Assembly (NCBI GenBank): GCA_025450075.1
Contig: JANWIC010000006.1
Location: 1-63,246 of the forward strand
Length of the DNA: 63,246 nucleotides
Origin: Patescibacteria group bacterium
GTDB lineage: Bacteria; Patescibacteriota; Dojkabacteria; JAKAPS01
Direction of reading: 5' to 3'
Position numbers and translations under genes: made by a program. Positions 27,526-36,824 of this stretch are shown here, piece by piece. Positions within the stretch are counted from its first letter, which is position 1, and every line of letters starts with the position of its first letter. The notes beneath the pieces were generated by a model. That model ran no database searches. It worked only from the letters and a program-made list of their open reading frames with translations, and was not told where the DNA came from.

Positions 27526-27925
27526 TTATCTGTCGTCGATTTGATTCCTCCGGTTGTGTCTTTGATTTGAAACATGAAAACGAAGTGCTTTATTTGTGTT
27601 TTCATGAATATGCAGAGCTTTTAACACAAGTAATAGACTTGATAACATAACTGCTGTTGGTATAAATTCTTCTATTGAAACTTGGTGATTTTCCGCGATA
27701 TCATTTATTGATGATATAAAATAGCCGGAACTTAGAAATGCCACTGAAAATCCAAAAATAAAAATTTTTTCCAGCATTTATTCTGTCATTATCAATTTGT
27801 TCTCTCACCATTTCCCATCTTGCATCAAGTTCATCTAAATATCTTTGTCTTTCTACCTCAGTTGTAGCATTTTCAATTTTTCCAACTATAGCAGTATAAT
27901 GAGTTTCTTGCTGGGTATCTGGCAT
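27526..27925 (-). pseudogene. small 2-TM protein, paralogue of 27993-28382, split by a frameshift in an A6 run
   Basis: Track ORFs 27701-27925 and 27526-27777 overlap in different frames. Removing one A from GGAAAAAATT (plus-strand T6 at 27765-27770) gives one ~132-aa protein ...DNDRINAGKIFIFGFSVAFLSSGYF.... That protein has the same architecture as its 129-aa neighbour. This may be an assembly homopolymer error. Confidence 0.5.
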
Positions 27926-27992
27926 AGGTAGAAAAAAATATATTAAAATTCTTGTATTATATTAGAGATGCTGCAAGGTTCATACCATGATA

Positions 27993-28382
27993 TTAACAAA
28001 TGTGCCGATTGTTACGATTTTCTTTTGCTTCTTTATACAACGTAGCTGCTTTTAGTACATTATCACTTGTTCTTTTTGCGTAAAGGAATATTGAAATTCC
28101 AATAGGAAATGAAGCAAATACAACATATTGCTGATCCAAAACAGGATTCCTATCACGCAAGTAGCCAATTAGGATAGGGGGTGCATACAGTAATGAAAAA
28201 GAAATTGCAGCTATTGCAATTATCTTTAACTTAACTGCTAATTCACGATCTCTTTCAAGTTGTTTTACATATAATTCCCAATTATCATATAGAACATGTA
28301 AAGCCTCTTCTCTAAGAGAATCGTCATTAGATTGTTCAATAATCTTTTGATAAGGAGGTAAATTTAATTCTGTTTGCTCCAT
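27993..28382 (-). CDS. small membrane protein (N-terminal helical region, 2 TM, basic C-terminus)
   Basis: 129 aa. ...ERDRELAVKLKIIAIAAISFSLLY... matches the architecture of the split neighbour. Confidence 0.6.
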   Translation of the reverse strand: MEQTELNLPPYQKIIEQSNDDSLREEALHVLYDNWELYVKQLERDRELAVKLKIIAIAAISFSLLYAPPILIGYLRDRNPVLDQQYVVFASFPIGISIFLYAKRTSDNVLKAATLYKEAKENRNNRHIC

Positions 28383-28582
28383 GAAGATAAAATCATAGCC
28401 TGAATTATACCAAAGAAGTGGCTTAGAAATAAAGACTATGAGATTTTTATGGTTGCATTTTAGTCTGAATTAAATGCATTATTTCTCATGAAGAAGTAAA
28501 ATATAATAAAAATGGCCTTTATGATAGCAATGGTTAGAAGATGATGAATATACTAATACCATCCATATTATTGTTTTTGTTT

Positions 28583-29551
28583 CTATTCCATCCGTGAAAG
28601 AAAACTAATAATCTGATTGTTTATTGCATTCCTGTCTTGCATATTGAGCCCTGCAAATTCATGTCCTCCGGGGAAAAGAATGTATTGCATGGGAATATGA
28701 TAAGATGCAAGTTTTCGTTTTAATTCATCAGATTGATCTTTTGGAACTAATATATCTGCATTTCCTTGAATGATTAATACCGGACTAGTTTTTGAAGAAA
28801 TATGACTTACTGGAGATGCGTCTGCATATAGAGTCGGGGCATGTGTTGGATCCTGGTTATTTGCAAGAGCGGATACGATTGGAGATGCAATAGAAAGGTC
28901 TTCATAGTAAAGTCTACTTAAGTCAGTTGGACCGAATTCATCAATTGCACAATTTGTTTTCGGTGAAACTTTTGGGTAAATGTTTTGCGTATCTCCCTGA
29001 TGGATTATCGACATCTCATCTAAAAGAAGTGACAGCTGACCTCCAGCAGAATCTCCCATAGAACAAATCGAATTCGGATTTATATGCAGAGTTGTACTAT
29101 GCGCTCGTATGTATCGAACTGCAAGTTGTGCATCATTAATTTGAGCTGGCCAAGGAGATTGCAATGCCAGTCTATAATCAATATTTGCAACAACAAATCC
29201 ATTTGATGCTAAGAAATTACAATAATCACTAAAAACTGATTTATCACCACTTACCCATCCTCCTCCATGGATATATATAACACCAGAGCGATTTGTATTT
29301 GCATTTTCAGGAATACATTCATCTAAAATCTGTTTGGAGTCATTTCCGTAATGGATATTTGTTATTTGATTGACGGGATAATGTCTATCAACATTACTGA
29401 TGGTCGGAATGGTAATTTCGGTTTTTGGTTTTGATATTGAAGTTATTGAAGATGCATGCAGCGCATCAACTCCAGAAATGATACATAAAAATATACTGCA
29501 AATCATGAGAAATGCCAGGTTTTTTGTATGAGAATATTTTTTCTTTTTCAT
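28583..29551 (-). CDS. secreted alpha/beta hydrolase (HSL-type esterase/lipase)
   Basis: Signal peptide MKKKKYSHTKNLAFLMICSIFLCIISG, HGGGW oxyanion motif, GDSAGG nucleophile elbow and a C-terminal GGHEF His. Confidence 0.8.
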   Translation of the reverse strand: MKKKKYSHTKNLAFLMICSIFLCIISGVDALHASSITSISKPKTEITIPTISNVDRHYPVNQITNIHYGNDSKQILDECIPENANTNRSGVIYIHGGGWVSGDKSVFSDYCNFLASNGFVVANIDYRLALQSPWPAQINDAQLAVRYIRAHSTTLHINPNSICSMGDSAGGQLSLLLDEMSIIHQGDTQNIYPKVSPKTNCAIDEFGPTDLSRLYYEDLSIASPIVSALANNQDPTHAPTLYADASPVSHISSKTSPVLIIQGNADILVPKDQSDELKRKLASYHIPMQYILFPGGHEFAGLNMQDRNAINNQIISFLSRME

Positions 29552-29616
29552 AAAAATTTGTTTGTTTATTATATGAAAAAGAAATTGAAAAGTATAACAC
29601 AGGTGTAAATAAAGAA

Positions 29617-30549
29617 TTAGGAATGAGAAGAATTTTGAAGTCCAAATAATAACATTAATAGATCTTTTTGAATTGCTTGTGCTATTGCGATATTAAAAAT
29701 ATTACGAGTATGAGAATCATAAAAAAGATCCATAGCGGTCGCTGGTTTTCCCGCATCCGATCCAATATTATTTAAAATTGCCCGGACATTCGGAAGAGCA
29801 GTAAAATCAAATCGGCTCAGAAGTGTAGTATGAAGTATTTCTGAATTTGGATCAGTATCATGAGTATCCATCCATCGTAAAATTAATCTCCGGGCTGCCA
29901 AAATTTGAAATGTATCATTATTGCTATACTGAAGAATTACTGCAAGAAGGTAGTCGGTTAATTGCTTATTAATTTCTGGTTTAAGAATAAGAATTTGTTC
30001 ATGAATATCTACATCATTTTTATATATGCTTTTATAATATCCTAAAATAATGCTTCTGATAAATTGATTGGCTGTGTTTTTTGTGTTTTGAATCCCACCA
30101 TAATTAGCATTGGTGATCTTTTTAATTTCATCTTCTGAGAGATCAAGTAAATTAATAAAAGCTGCCATTACCATTTGTCTTTGTTGTAGAACATCCAAAA
30201 TACGGGGTCTTCTAGCAAATTGATAAATTAAACTACTTGGAATAAAATTGAGATTTGGATCTTCTTGAAATCTTCTATATATATTTGCCGCTTCTTCAAG
30301 AGCTCTGAGATTAATTTCACGGGAATCTTTTTCAATTTTTTTTATCTCATTTTGAGTACTTAATAAAAATTCACGAGTTAAAGCAAAAAGATATAATCCT
30401 GATGCTTCTAATACCTCAGAGGGTATTTGATTCACATCAATACCAAATATTTCAATCATGAAAAATTCTCCAGGAATATATCTTTCAGGAATTTGAAAAG
30501 TTTCTGGCGGCATTGCAATTCCTGCAATTCTACTATCAATATCTGTCAT
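29617..30549 (-). CDS. hypothetical protein (orphan, 310 aa, helical)
   Basis: Uninterrupted ORF with no recognisable motif. Confidence 0.7.
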   Translation of the reverse strand: MTDIDSRIAGIAMPPETFQIPERYIPGEFFMIEIFGIDVNQIPSEVLEASGLYLFALTREFLLSTQNEIKKIEKDSREINLRALEEAANIYRRFQEDPNLNFIPSSLIYQFARRPRILDVLQQRQMVMAAFINLLDLSEDEIKKITNANYGGIQNTKNTANQFIRSIILGYYKSIYKNDVDIHEQILILKPEINKQLTDYLLAVILQYSNNDTFQILAARRLILRWMDTHDTDPNSEILHTTLLSRFDFTALPNVRAILNNIGSDAGKPATAMDLFYDSHTRNIFNIAIAQAIQKDLLMLLFGLQNSSHS

Positions 30550-30804
30550 ATTTATTTTCTATTTATCTTCTGGTAAAGAATTATCTATTTAGTATTTTTG
30601 GAGTATATGAAATTCCTCATCAGCCGAACAGAATTTATATTAAATGCTAATATAATATTAGCTTATAGAATGAATTATATCTGAAACTTTAGGGAATGAA
30701 AAGGCTTTGATTTTCCTTATACATTAAATATCAATCCAACTTGCACCTGAATTTATAATAGTGTATAAAAGTTGATGCAGGAAATTACTTAATTGAAAGA
30801 GTTC

Positions 30805-31566
30805 ATGGTTATCCCACAATATATTTATAAAAAGGTTCCTGAGGTTACGAAACTATTCTGGCTGATAAAATTACTAACTACAGCAATGGGAGAAGCACTT
30901 GCTGATTATTTAGTTTTCCATTTCAATCCATATATTTCAGTCATTGCTGGATTTATTTTCTTTCTTTTGTCGCTTTTACTTCAATTTTCAGTAAAAAAAT
31001 ATATTCCTGCAATTTATTGGATTACCGCTGCAATGGTTGCAACTTTTGGTACAATGGCGGCAGATGTTGTACATGTCGTATTACATATTCCCTATATCGT
31101 TTCTGCACTTATTTTCCTGGTTATATTAATAAGCAATTTTGTCCTATGGTACAGAATTGAAAAAAGTCTTTCTATACATACTATTACAACTTTTCGAAAA
31201 GAAATTTTCTATTGGATAGCAGTTGTAGCTACATTTGCCCTTGGAACCGCAACTGGTGATTTAACAGCTATAATTTTTGGATTAGGATATTTTCTTTCAG
31301 GGATTCTTTTTTCCTTTCTTATCCTGATCCCTTTGATACTGTATCTGAAGTTCCATCTGCGGGAAGTCTGGGCTTTTTGGATCGCATATATTTTAACACG
31401 TCCATTAGGTGCCTCTTTTGCCGATTGGATCGGGAAAGAAAAAAGTGCAGGCGGGTTAGGTATAGGAACTGGTATATTGAGCCTTATACTTATACTGCTC
31501 ATTTTCCTTTGCGTACTATATATTACCTATTCTGCAAGTGAAAGAAAAGAGGAATTAGGAAATTAA
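30805..31566 (+). CDS. integral membrane protein with repeated T..G....AD motifs (COG4705-like)
   Basis: 8 TM helices. TTAMGEALADY, GTMAADVV, GTATGDLTA and RPLGASFADW repeats. First ATG at 30805 (track: TTG 30793). Confidence 0.5.
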   Translation: MVIPQYIYKKVPEVTKLFWLIKLLTTAMGEALADYLVFHFNPYISVIAGFIFFLLSLLLQFSVKKYIPAIYWITAAMVATFGTMAADVVHVVLHIPYIVSALIFLVILISNFVLWYRIEKSLSIHTITTFRKEIFYWIAVVATFALGTATGDLTAIIFGLGYFLSGILFSFLILIPLILYLKFHLREVWAFWIAYILTRPLGASFADWIGKEKSAGGLGIGTGILSLILILLIFLCVLYITYSASERKEELGN

Positions 31567-32318
31567 GTTGTCATATTTTTTAATGAACGTACTGCAATCC
31601 AGGAAAAAAGGATAATGAATACAATCATTACAGCAAAACCTTCCAGAACGACTCTGTCTCCATAATGCCCTAAAAACAAAGATCTTGTTGCTTCAACTGC
31701 ATAGTAAAATGGGTTAATATGTGCAAGTTTTTTTAACCAGTCAGGGGCTAATGAAATAGGAAGTAATATGCCAGACAAAAGCATAACAGGTAAATAAATA
31801 GTGTTAACAATTGTTGCAAGACCTGTTTCATTCTTTGTCCCTATGGAAATGACATACGAAAGTGCAGACATAGATGCGCCAATAAGGAGAATAAGGATAA
31901 ATGTTAAAGCTAATCCTAAAAATGTTACACGCAGTCCAAGGATGAATGCTATGAAAGTAAGTACAATCGCCTGCATTCCAAACGAAACTAACTGGTTGAG
32001 AATGAGGGATGCCATAATAGCTGTTCTGCTTACTGGTGATACAAGAAGCCTTGCAATATACCCAGTACGTATTTCAGGAATGAATCCAAAACCTGCAAAA
32101 AGGTTAGATATCCCCATAATTACCAGCATACCCGGTACAAATATTTGTGCAATTTGTGCAATACTTAAAGCTGCTGTACCTCCAATATTTTTTAAAAGCG
32201 GCATGTACAAAAGTAAGTATAATATTGGTTGAGCAAGTCCAATCATCCACCAGGGTGATTTAAAGGTTTTTTTAAGGTTTCTAATAAAAAGGATTTGTAT
32301 ATCTTGTATATTTTTCAT
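31563..32318 (-). CDS. ABC-2 type exporter permease
   Basis: 251 aa, 6 TM, downstream of and adjacent to the ABC ATPase. 4-nt overlap with the convergent 30805-31566 gene end. Confidence 0.8.
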   Translation of the reverse strand: MKNIQDIQILFIRNLKKTFKSPWWMIGLAQPILYLLLYMPLLKNIGGTAALSIAQIAQIFVPGMLVIMGISNLFAGFGFIPEIRTGYIARLLVSPVSRTAIMASLILNQLVSFGMQAIVLTFIAFILGLRVTFLGLALTFILILLIGASMSALSYVISIGTKNETGLATIVNTIYLPVMLLSGILLPISLAPDWLKKLAHINPFYYAVEATRSLFLGHYGDRVVLEGFAVMIVFIILFSWIAVRSLKNMTT

Positions 32319-32320
32319 AA

Positions 32321-33304
32321 TTATTTTTCTTTTCCTTCTCGTAAAGATCGCCCTGTTTTTTGTAAAAAGACATCATCAAGTGATGGTTTTGCAAGAGCAA
32401 TAGTTTGAAGAGTAAAATTCTCTTTATCCAAGATTTGCAATATTTCAAAAAGATGTTTTTCAGCTTCTTCAAGATATAGTACAAGAGATAAATTATCAAC
32501 ATACTGATCATTTACGTAAGCAAATTTTCCAAGAAGATCCTTTGCTTTTTGAATATCAGTTATGCTTTCCATCCCGATAATTATACTTTCCCTACCAATT
32601 TCCTTTTTTAAGGCGTCATTTGTTCCGGTTGCTACTATTTCCCCATGATCAATAATGGATAACCGATCACAAAGTTGATCGGCTTCTTCTAAATAATGGG
32701 TTGTAAGAAATATTGTCATACCTTCTTTGTTTATTTTTTTGATTTCATCCCAAAAATATGCCCTGCTTTGTGGATCTAATCCTGTTGTTGGTTCATCCAA
32801 AAATACAATATCTGGATTATGGATAATACCAAGTGCTAAATCGAGTCTTCTTTTCTGTCCTCCAGAGTATGATGAAGCAAGTCGAAGCGCAAATTCTTTC
32901 ATTTGAAATCTTTCTATCAGTTCATCAGCCCTATTTGCCGCTTCCACTTTACTGACTCCAAAAAGTCGGGCTTGCATAACAAGATTTTCAAATGCATTTG
33001 CAGAAACGTCTGATCCCCCTGCTTGTGAAACATATCCGATGTGATGCCGAATCTGCTTTGCATCCTTAAGAAGATCTAAACCAACTACTTTTGCATCTCC
33101 TTCAGTTGGCTGAGTAAGGGTTGTCAGCATATTTAAAGTTGTCGTTTTCCCTGCTCCGTTAGGCCCAAGAAAACCGAATATTTCCCCTTTAAATACCTCC
33201 AGGTTAACACCTTTTACAGCTTCAACAATAATTTTGCTTTTTTGCTTCTTTGTGATAAACGTCTTTTTAAGGTTTTTTGTTTGAAGAATCAAGTTCTTAC
33301 TCAT
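32321..33304 (-). CDS. ABC transporter ATP-binding protein (DrrA/CcmA-like)
   Basis: GPNGAGKTTT, YSGGQKRRLDLA and VFLDEPTTGLD motifs. Confidence 0.9.
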   Translation of the reverse strand: MSKNLILQTKNLKKTFITKKQKSKIIVEAVKGVNLEVFKGEIFGFLGPNGAGKTTTLNMLTTLTQPTEGDAKVVGLDLLKDAKQIRHHIGYVSQAGGSDVSANAFENLVMQARLFGVSKVEAANRADELIERFQMKEFALRLASSYSGGQKRRLDLALGIIHNPDIVFLDEPTTGLDPQSRAYFWDEIKKINKEGMTIFLTTHYLEEADQLCDRLSIIDHGEIVATGTNDALKKEIGRESIIIGMESITDIQKAKDLLGKFAYVNDQYVDNLSLVLYLEEAEKHLFEILQILDKENFTLQTIALAKPSLDDVFLQKTGRSLREGKEK

Positions 33305-33416
33305 GTGTTTATTCTAAACTTACGTATTGTAGTTGCTTTATTCCCTTTCGTCAAGGCAAAATCGTGAGTTGTATTGAAAATGAAGAGTATATATAATCAA
33401 CTTATTATGAAAAGTT

Positions 33417-34082
33417 ATGGATATTTCCCAAATATATAGTAAATATAAGTTGTTGCCAAACCTTCAAGCTCATCAAAAGCGGGTTGCAAGTGTAGGAAAA
33501 ATAATAGCAGATCATTTAACTGAAGAAACTGATACTGAGAATGTTGTAAAGGCATTGCTTCTGCATGATATGGGAAATATCCTTAAGTTTAACTTAGATC
33601 TTTTCCCAGATCTCTTAGAACCGGAAGGAAAAATATATTGGGAAAGTGTAAAAGAAGAATATAGAGAAAAATATGGAGATGATGAACATTTAGCAACTGA
33701 ACAGATTGCAAGAGAAATTTGTGTAAATGATAGAATTATGGAATTGATTCATTCGGTTGGATTTTCCAAAACTGAAGAAAACAGAAATACTACTGATGTT
33801 GCAAAGAAGATCTGTTGTTATGCCGACCAGAGAGTAGCAATTTATGGAGTTACTGACCTTGGTACACGTCTTAACGAGGGAAGAAAAAGATATGTATTAA
33901 ACAAAGGATTAGTAAAAGATGAAATTTTTGAGCAAGGAGCAGCAAACTTACTAGAAATTGAGAAACAGATATTTTCAAAATCTACTATTCTTCCGACAGA
34001 TGTCACTGATACTTTAGTATCGACAATTATCTCCTCAGGATATTTTGAAACCTTTATCTTTCATCAAAAATCACCTTATTAA
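33417..34082 (+). CDS. HD-domain phosphohydrolase
   Basis: H...(~30 aa)...HD pattern: QAHQKRVASVG ... ALLLHDMGN. Confidence 0.65.
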   Translation: MDISQIYSKYKLLPNLQAHQKRVASVGKIIADHLTEETDTENVVKALLLHDMGNILKFNLDLFPDLLEPEGKIYWESVKEEYREKYGDDEHLATEQIAREICVNDRIMELIHSVGFSKTEENRNTTDVAKKICCYADQRVAIYGVTDLGTRLNEGRKRYVLNKGLVKDEIFEQGAANLLEIEKQIFSKSTILPTDVTDTLVSTIISSGYFETFIFHQKSPY

Positions 34083-34221
34083 AATTTAGAGAAATTATTC
34101 AACTTAGAAGTTATTTTTAAAGTTATATTCTCTAGTTGTGCTACAGTACTATTTTATAGTGTGTTGTCATGACTAATCCATTGTGATATATTTTCATGGT
34201 CATACTTCATGCCCAAATTTT

Positions 34222-34644
34222 ATGTCTGTTTCTTTTACTGAATATTCTCATGAAGAACCATCAACTGAAGTTCCTACTGGAATAGATGCCGTTAATTTAC
34301 TTACTCAGTGGTTAGATGATGAACAATTGCAAGCCTCAGATCCACAAGGAATTAGCGTGGAAATATATAATAACGCTCTTTCTCATTTGATAGTTTTATC
34401 GGAAATTGGAATCAGAGGATTAAATGATCTCTATCATTTACCTAATGTACTCCCCTCTCACCAAATTATAGGTGTATATCTTTTCACTGATGGAACATTT
34501 GGGATTGAACATCGTTCTCGAACCGGTCATACCTATTTTGTTCCTATAAACGGGTATTTGGTAAGAATTGATGAAGATAATTTCTTGTATTCACAACTTT
34601 CGCCAAGACCAGTTAGGGGATATACAGGTTCAATGCACAGTTAA
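34222..34644 (+). CDS. hypothetical protein
   Basis: Track ORF starts at GTG 34183; the first in-frame ATG is at 34222 (MSVSFTEY). No recognisable motif. Confidence 0.5.
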   Translation: MSVSFTEYSHEEPSTEVPTGIDAVNLLTQWLDDEQLQASDPQGISVEIYNNALSHLIVLSEIGIRGLNDLYHLPNVLPSHQIIGVYLFTDGTFGIEHRSRTGHTYFVPINGYLVRIDEDNFLYSQLSPRPVRGYTGSMHS

Positions 34645-34650
34645 GATAGT

Positions 34651-35076
34651 TTATTGAAGGAATTTCTCGCGAAATTTCTTCAATGCATTTTTGTTATTCT
34701 CATACTTAAAAAGAGAAATTGCTTCTTCAGCTAAACACCACCGATATATTTCGTGTTCTGTTGGATTAAGAGAAATTTCCTGATCTTTATTCACTTCTGC
34801 AGCAAAAACAAATTCCAGGTACATTTCATCTTTGTATTCCCAGTGGAAATGCCAAACATCATCAATCAGTTTTTCAACTTTTGTTATTCCTGTCTCTTCT
34901 TGAAGTTCTCGAAAAAGCGATTGTTCTAAACTTTCATTTTTTTGCATATGTCCAATAACAGGCTGCCACCATCCGCCATCTTCTTCTGTCCTTTTTAAAC
35001 ACAAAAATTCATACTTCTTTTCAACTATTCTGTAGACTAAGCACTCAATCATGATTGGAAGATCGTTTGGTTCCAT
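34651..35076 (-). CDS. NUDIX hydrolase
   Basis: Nudix box GHMQKNESLEQSLFRELQEETGI (G-x5-E-x7-REUxEExGU). Confidence 0.85.
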   Translation of the reverse strand: MEPNDLPIMIECLVYRIVEKKYEFLCLKRTEEDGGWWQPVIGHMQKNESLEQSLFRELQEETGITKVEKLIDDVWHFHWEYKDEMYLEFVFAAEVNKDQEISLNPTEHEIYRWCLAEEAISLFKYENNKNALKKFREKFLQ

Positions 35077-35093
35077 AAATTTTGTATAAAATA

Positions 35094-35720
35094 TTAATGG
35101 ATGCTGTTTAAGCTGTCACCTAAAAAGCAAACTATAAAAAGAAGAATAATAAGCAATACGCGTCCAACTGAAAGCCATACATACGCAAGTTTCAAATTAC
35201 TGCTTATATGGGGTTTATTAGATATATTTGGAATTCTTTTCCTTCCTTTTTTCTGTTCAGGTTTTTCATCTATGATAGCAATAGTGTTTGAATTCATATC
35301 ATAAAAGCTCTGATGGTGAAAATTATGGAAGGCAAAAAACCATCCGCAAGGTACTAACATATACAGGCTGCGAAACAAGACCTCTTTGCTGTTGATTCTT
35401 CTATATTCCTGGGATGAAATCACCTTTACCTGGATTGCAAACTGTCCTAATGTCTTACCAAATATAATCATAGAGGCACTTTGATAAGTTAATTTAAGTA
35501 AAAGATATGAAGCAAGAAGAGCAAAAAAGGTATATGAGAAAACACTATTTGAATATCGTGTATTATGTGTTTTAAATACCAATATTCCCATTATAATTGT
35601 TGGGATCCAGATTACTAGAGTATCAATAGTCCCAGAGAGGAGCCGTTGGCGGTGAGTCGGGACATGAATCAAAAGCTTCTTTTTCCCTGATTGGATTGTG
35701 AATGTATCTGTTGAGCTCAT
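35094..35720 (-). CDS. RDD-family-like membrane protein
   Basis: 3-4 TM helices with the TLGQFAIQVKVIS motif typical of RDD domains. ATG at 35720 (the track start at 35750 is TTG). Confidence 0.4.
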   Translation of the reverse strand: MSSTDTFTIQSGKKKLLIHVPTHRQRLLSGTIDTLVIWIPTIIMGILVFKTHNTRYSNSVFSYTFFALLASYLLLKLTYQSASMIIFGKTLGQFAIQVKVISSQEYRRINSKEVLFRSLYMLVPCGWFFAFHNFHHQSFYDMNSNTIAIIDEKPEQKKGRKRIPNISNKPHISSNLKLAYVWLSVGRVLLIILLFIVCFLGDSLNSIH

Positions 35721-35767
35721 AATCGTACTATATAACAAATTGCGAAACAAATAAAGGCTTATGGGGG

Positions 35768-35929
35768 TTATCCGGAATATTGAAATATATAACTGTGAGA
35801 GGAATATAATATATCAAGGATTAAAAGAATTAGGACAATAAAGAAAAAAATGAAGGTTATAGCAAAAAACACATGAATAATGCGCTTAATGATAGGAGAT
35901 CCCTCACTCTTTTCTATTGTAGTATCCAT
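35768..35929 (-). CDS. candidate 53-aa single-TM small protein
   Basis: Below the track threshold. The ATG at 35929 opens MDTTIEKSEGSPIIKRIIHVFFAITFIFFFIVLILLILDILYSSHSYIFQYSG*. It lies in an otherwise empty 297-nt gap. Confidence 0.3.
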   Translation of the reverse strand: MDTTIEKSEGSPIIKRIIHVFFAITFIFFFIVLILLILDILYSSHSYIFQYSG

Positions 35930-36047
35930 ATATGTGGATTCTCTATTGACACTATAGATAAAAGGGAATGAAATGTAAAGTGAAAGGCTGGGTATTAAAC
36001 ATTAAGCAATTAATATACAGACTTTAGTAGTAAAATGAAAATTTGTA

Positions 36048-36776
36048 CTATTTATTAATAAAACCATGTATTATAGTATATAGAAAATTCGAAAGGTTAT
36101 TCATTGCTAAAGCGAAATTGGTTATATAATCGCTTGCAACAGAATCATCTGCCATCTTTTGTTCATCTATTAATCCTGTAATGCTCTTTAATATGATGAC
36201 TGGCTTTTTATATTGAAGTATTTCAACTGTTTGCATTACTCCAGCAGCTTCCATATCAATAACCGATACATTATTTTGTTTCAAATTATCCCATTGATTT
36301 TCCGATGTAGTAAAAGATTCTGAACTTGAAATCGTACCATGTATATATTTCCCTTCTATTAAAGGCATACATTCATTATTACTTACAGGTATTTTTCTTA
36401 ATCCGTATTCTCTATATCCTTCTAATGGAATATCAATATCATGATTTGTAACAAAATCTCCCAAGACAACATCCCCTACTGCAATTCCTTTTGATTCAAC
36501 TCCTGCTGCAGTGCCAGCATTAATGAGAATATCAGGATGATATGTATTTAAAAGAAGAGTCGATATAATTCCTGCTGTTACTTTTCCAGGTCTTCCAATT
36601 GGCATGTTTTGTTCATCAGAATAATCTTTATTGATTCCTCCTGTCATCATAATGATAGTATGAGTGTGGTTCATATATGTATGAAAAATATTCTGATCTA
36701 TATGAATTGTAAGACCTAGCTTCCGGGCAATAATATCAGCTTCATCTTTAATTGCAACAAAGATACCAATAACCAT
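36048..36776 (-). CDS. PNP_UDP_1-family nucleosidase, MTA/SAH-nucleosidase-like but divergent
   Basis: By-eye alignment to E. coli Pfs: PDILINAGTAAG~PDVIINTGSAGG, VGDVVLGD~VGDIVVSD, IDMEAAGV~VEMEATAI. A ~13-aa insertion precedes GKVTAG. The R-A-I-S-D general-acid position reads K-S-I-T-G. Confidence 0.7.
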   Translation of the reverse strand: MVIGIFVAIKDEADIIARKLGLTIHIDQNIFHTYMNHTHTIIMMTGGINKDYSDEQNMPIGRPGKVTAGIISTLLLNTYHPDILINAGTAAGVESKGIAVGDVVLGDFVTNHDIDIPLEGYREYGLRKIPVSNNECMPLIEGKYIHGTISSSESFTTSENQWDNLKQNNVSVIDMEAAGVMQTVEILQYKKPVIILKSITGLIDEQKMADDSVASDYITNFALAMNNLSNFLYTIIHGFINK

Positions 36777-36824
36777 AGAAATATTATATCTTAAATAATT
36801 GATAAGTAGTTAATTGATTTTTTA

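Noticed and set aside
30646-30662. 17-nt perfect palindrome GCTAATATAATATTAGC in the divergent 30550-30792 intergenic region.
   Set aside because: It is AT-rich, short and contains a TATAAT. It could easily arise by chance or simply be part of a promoter, and nothing else supports an operator.
30805-31566. Checked whether this multi-TM protein (or DUF554 at 44163-44831) could be a rhodopsin that would use retinal derived from the carotenoid cluster.
   Set aside because: I could not recognise a TM7 Schiff-base Lys context or the Trp/Tyr-rich retinal pocket. The repeated T..G....AD motif fits a COG4705-type protein instead. No carotenoid cleavage oxygenase is present in the window.
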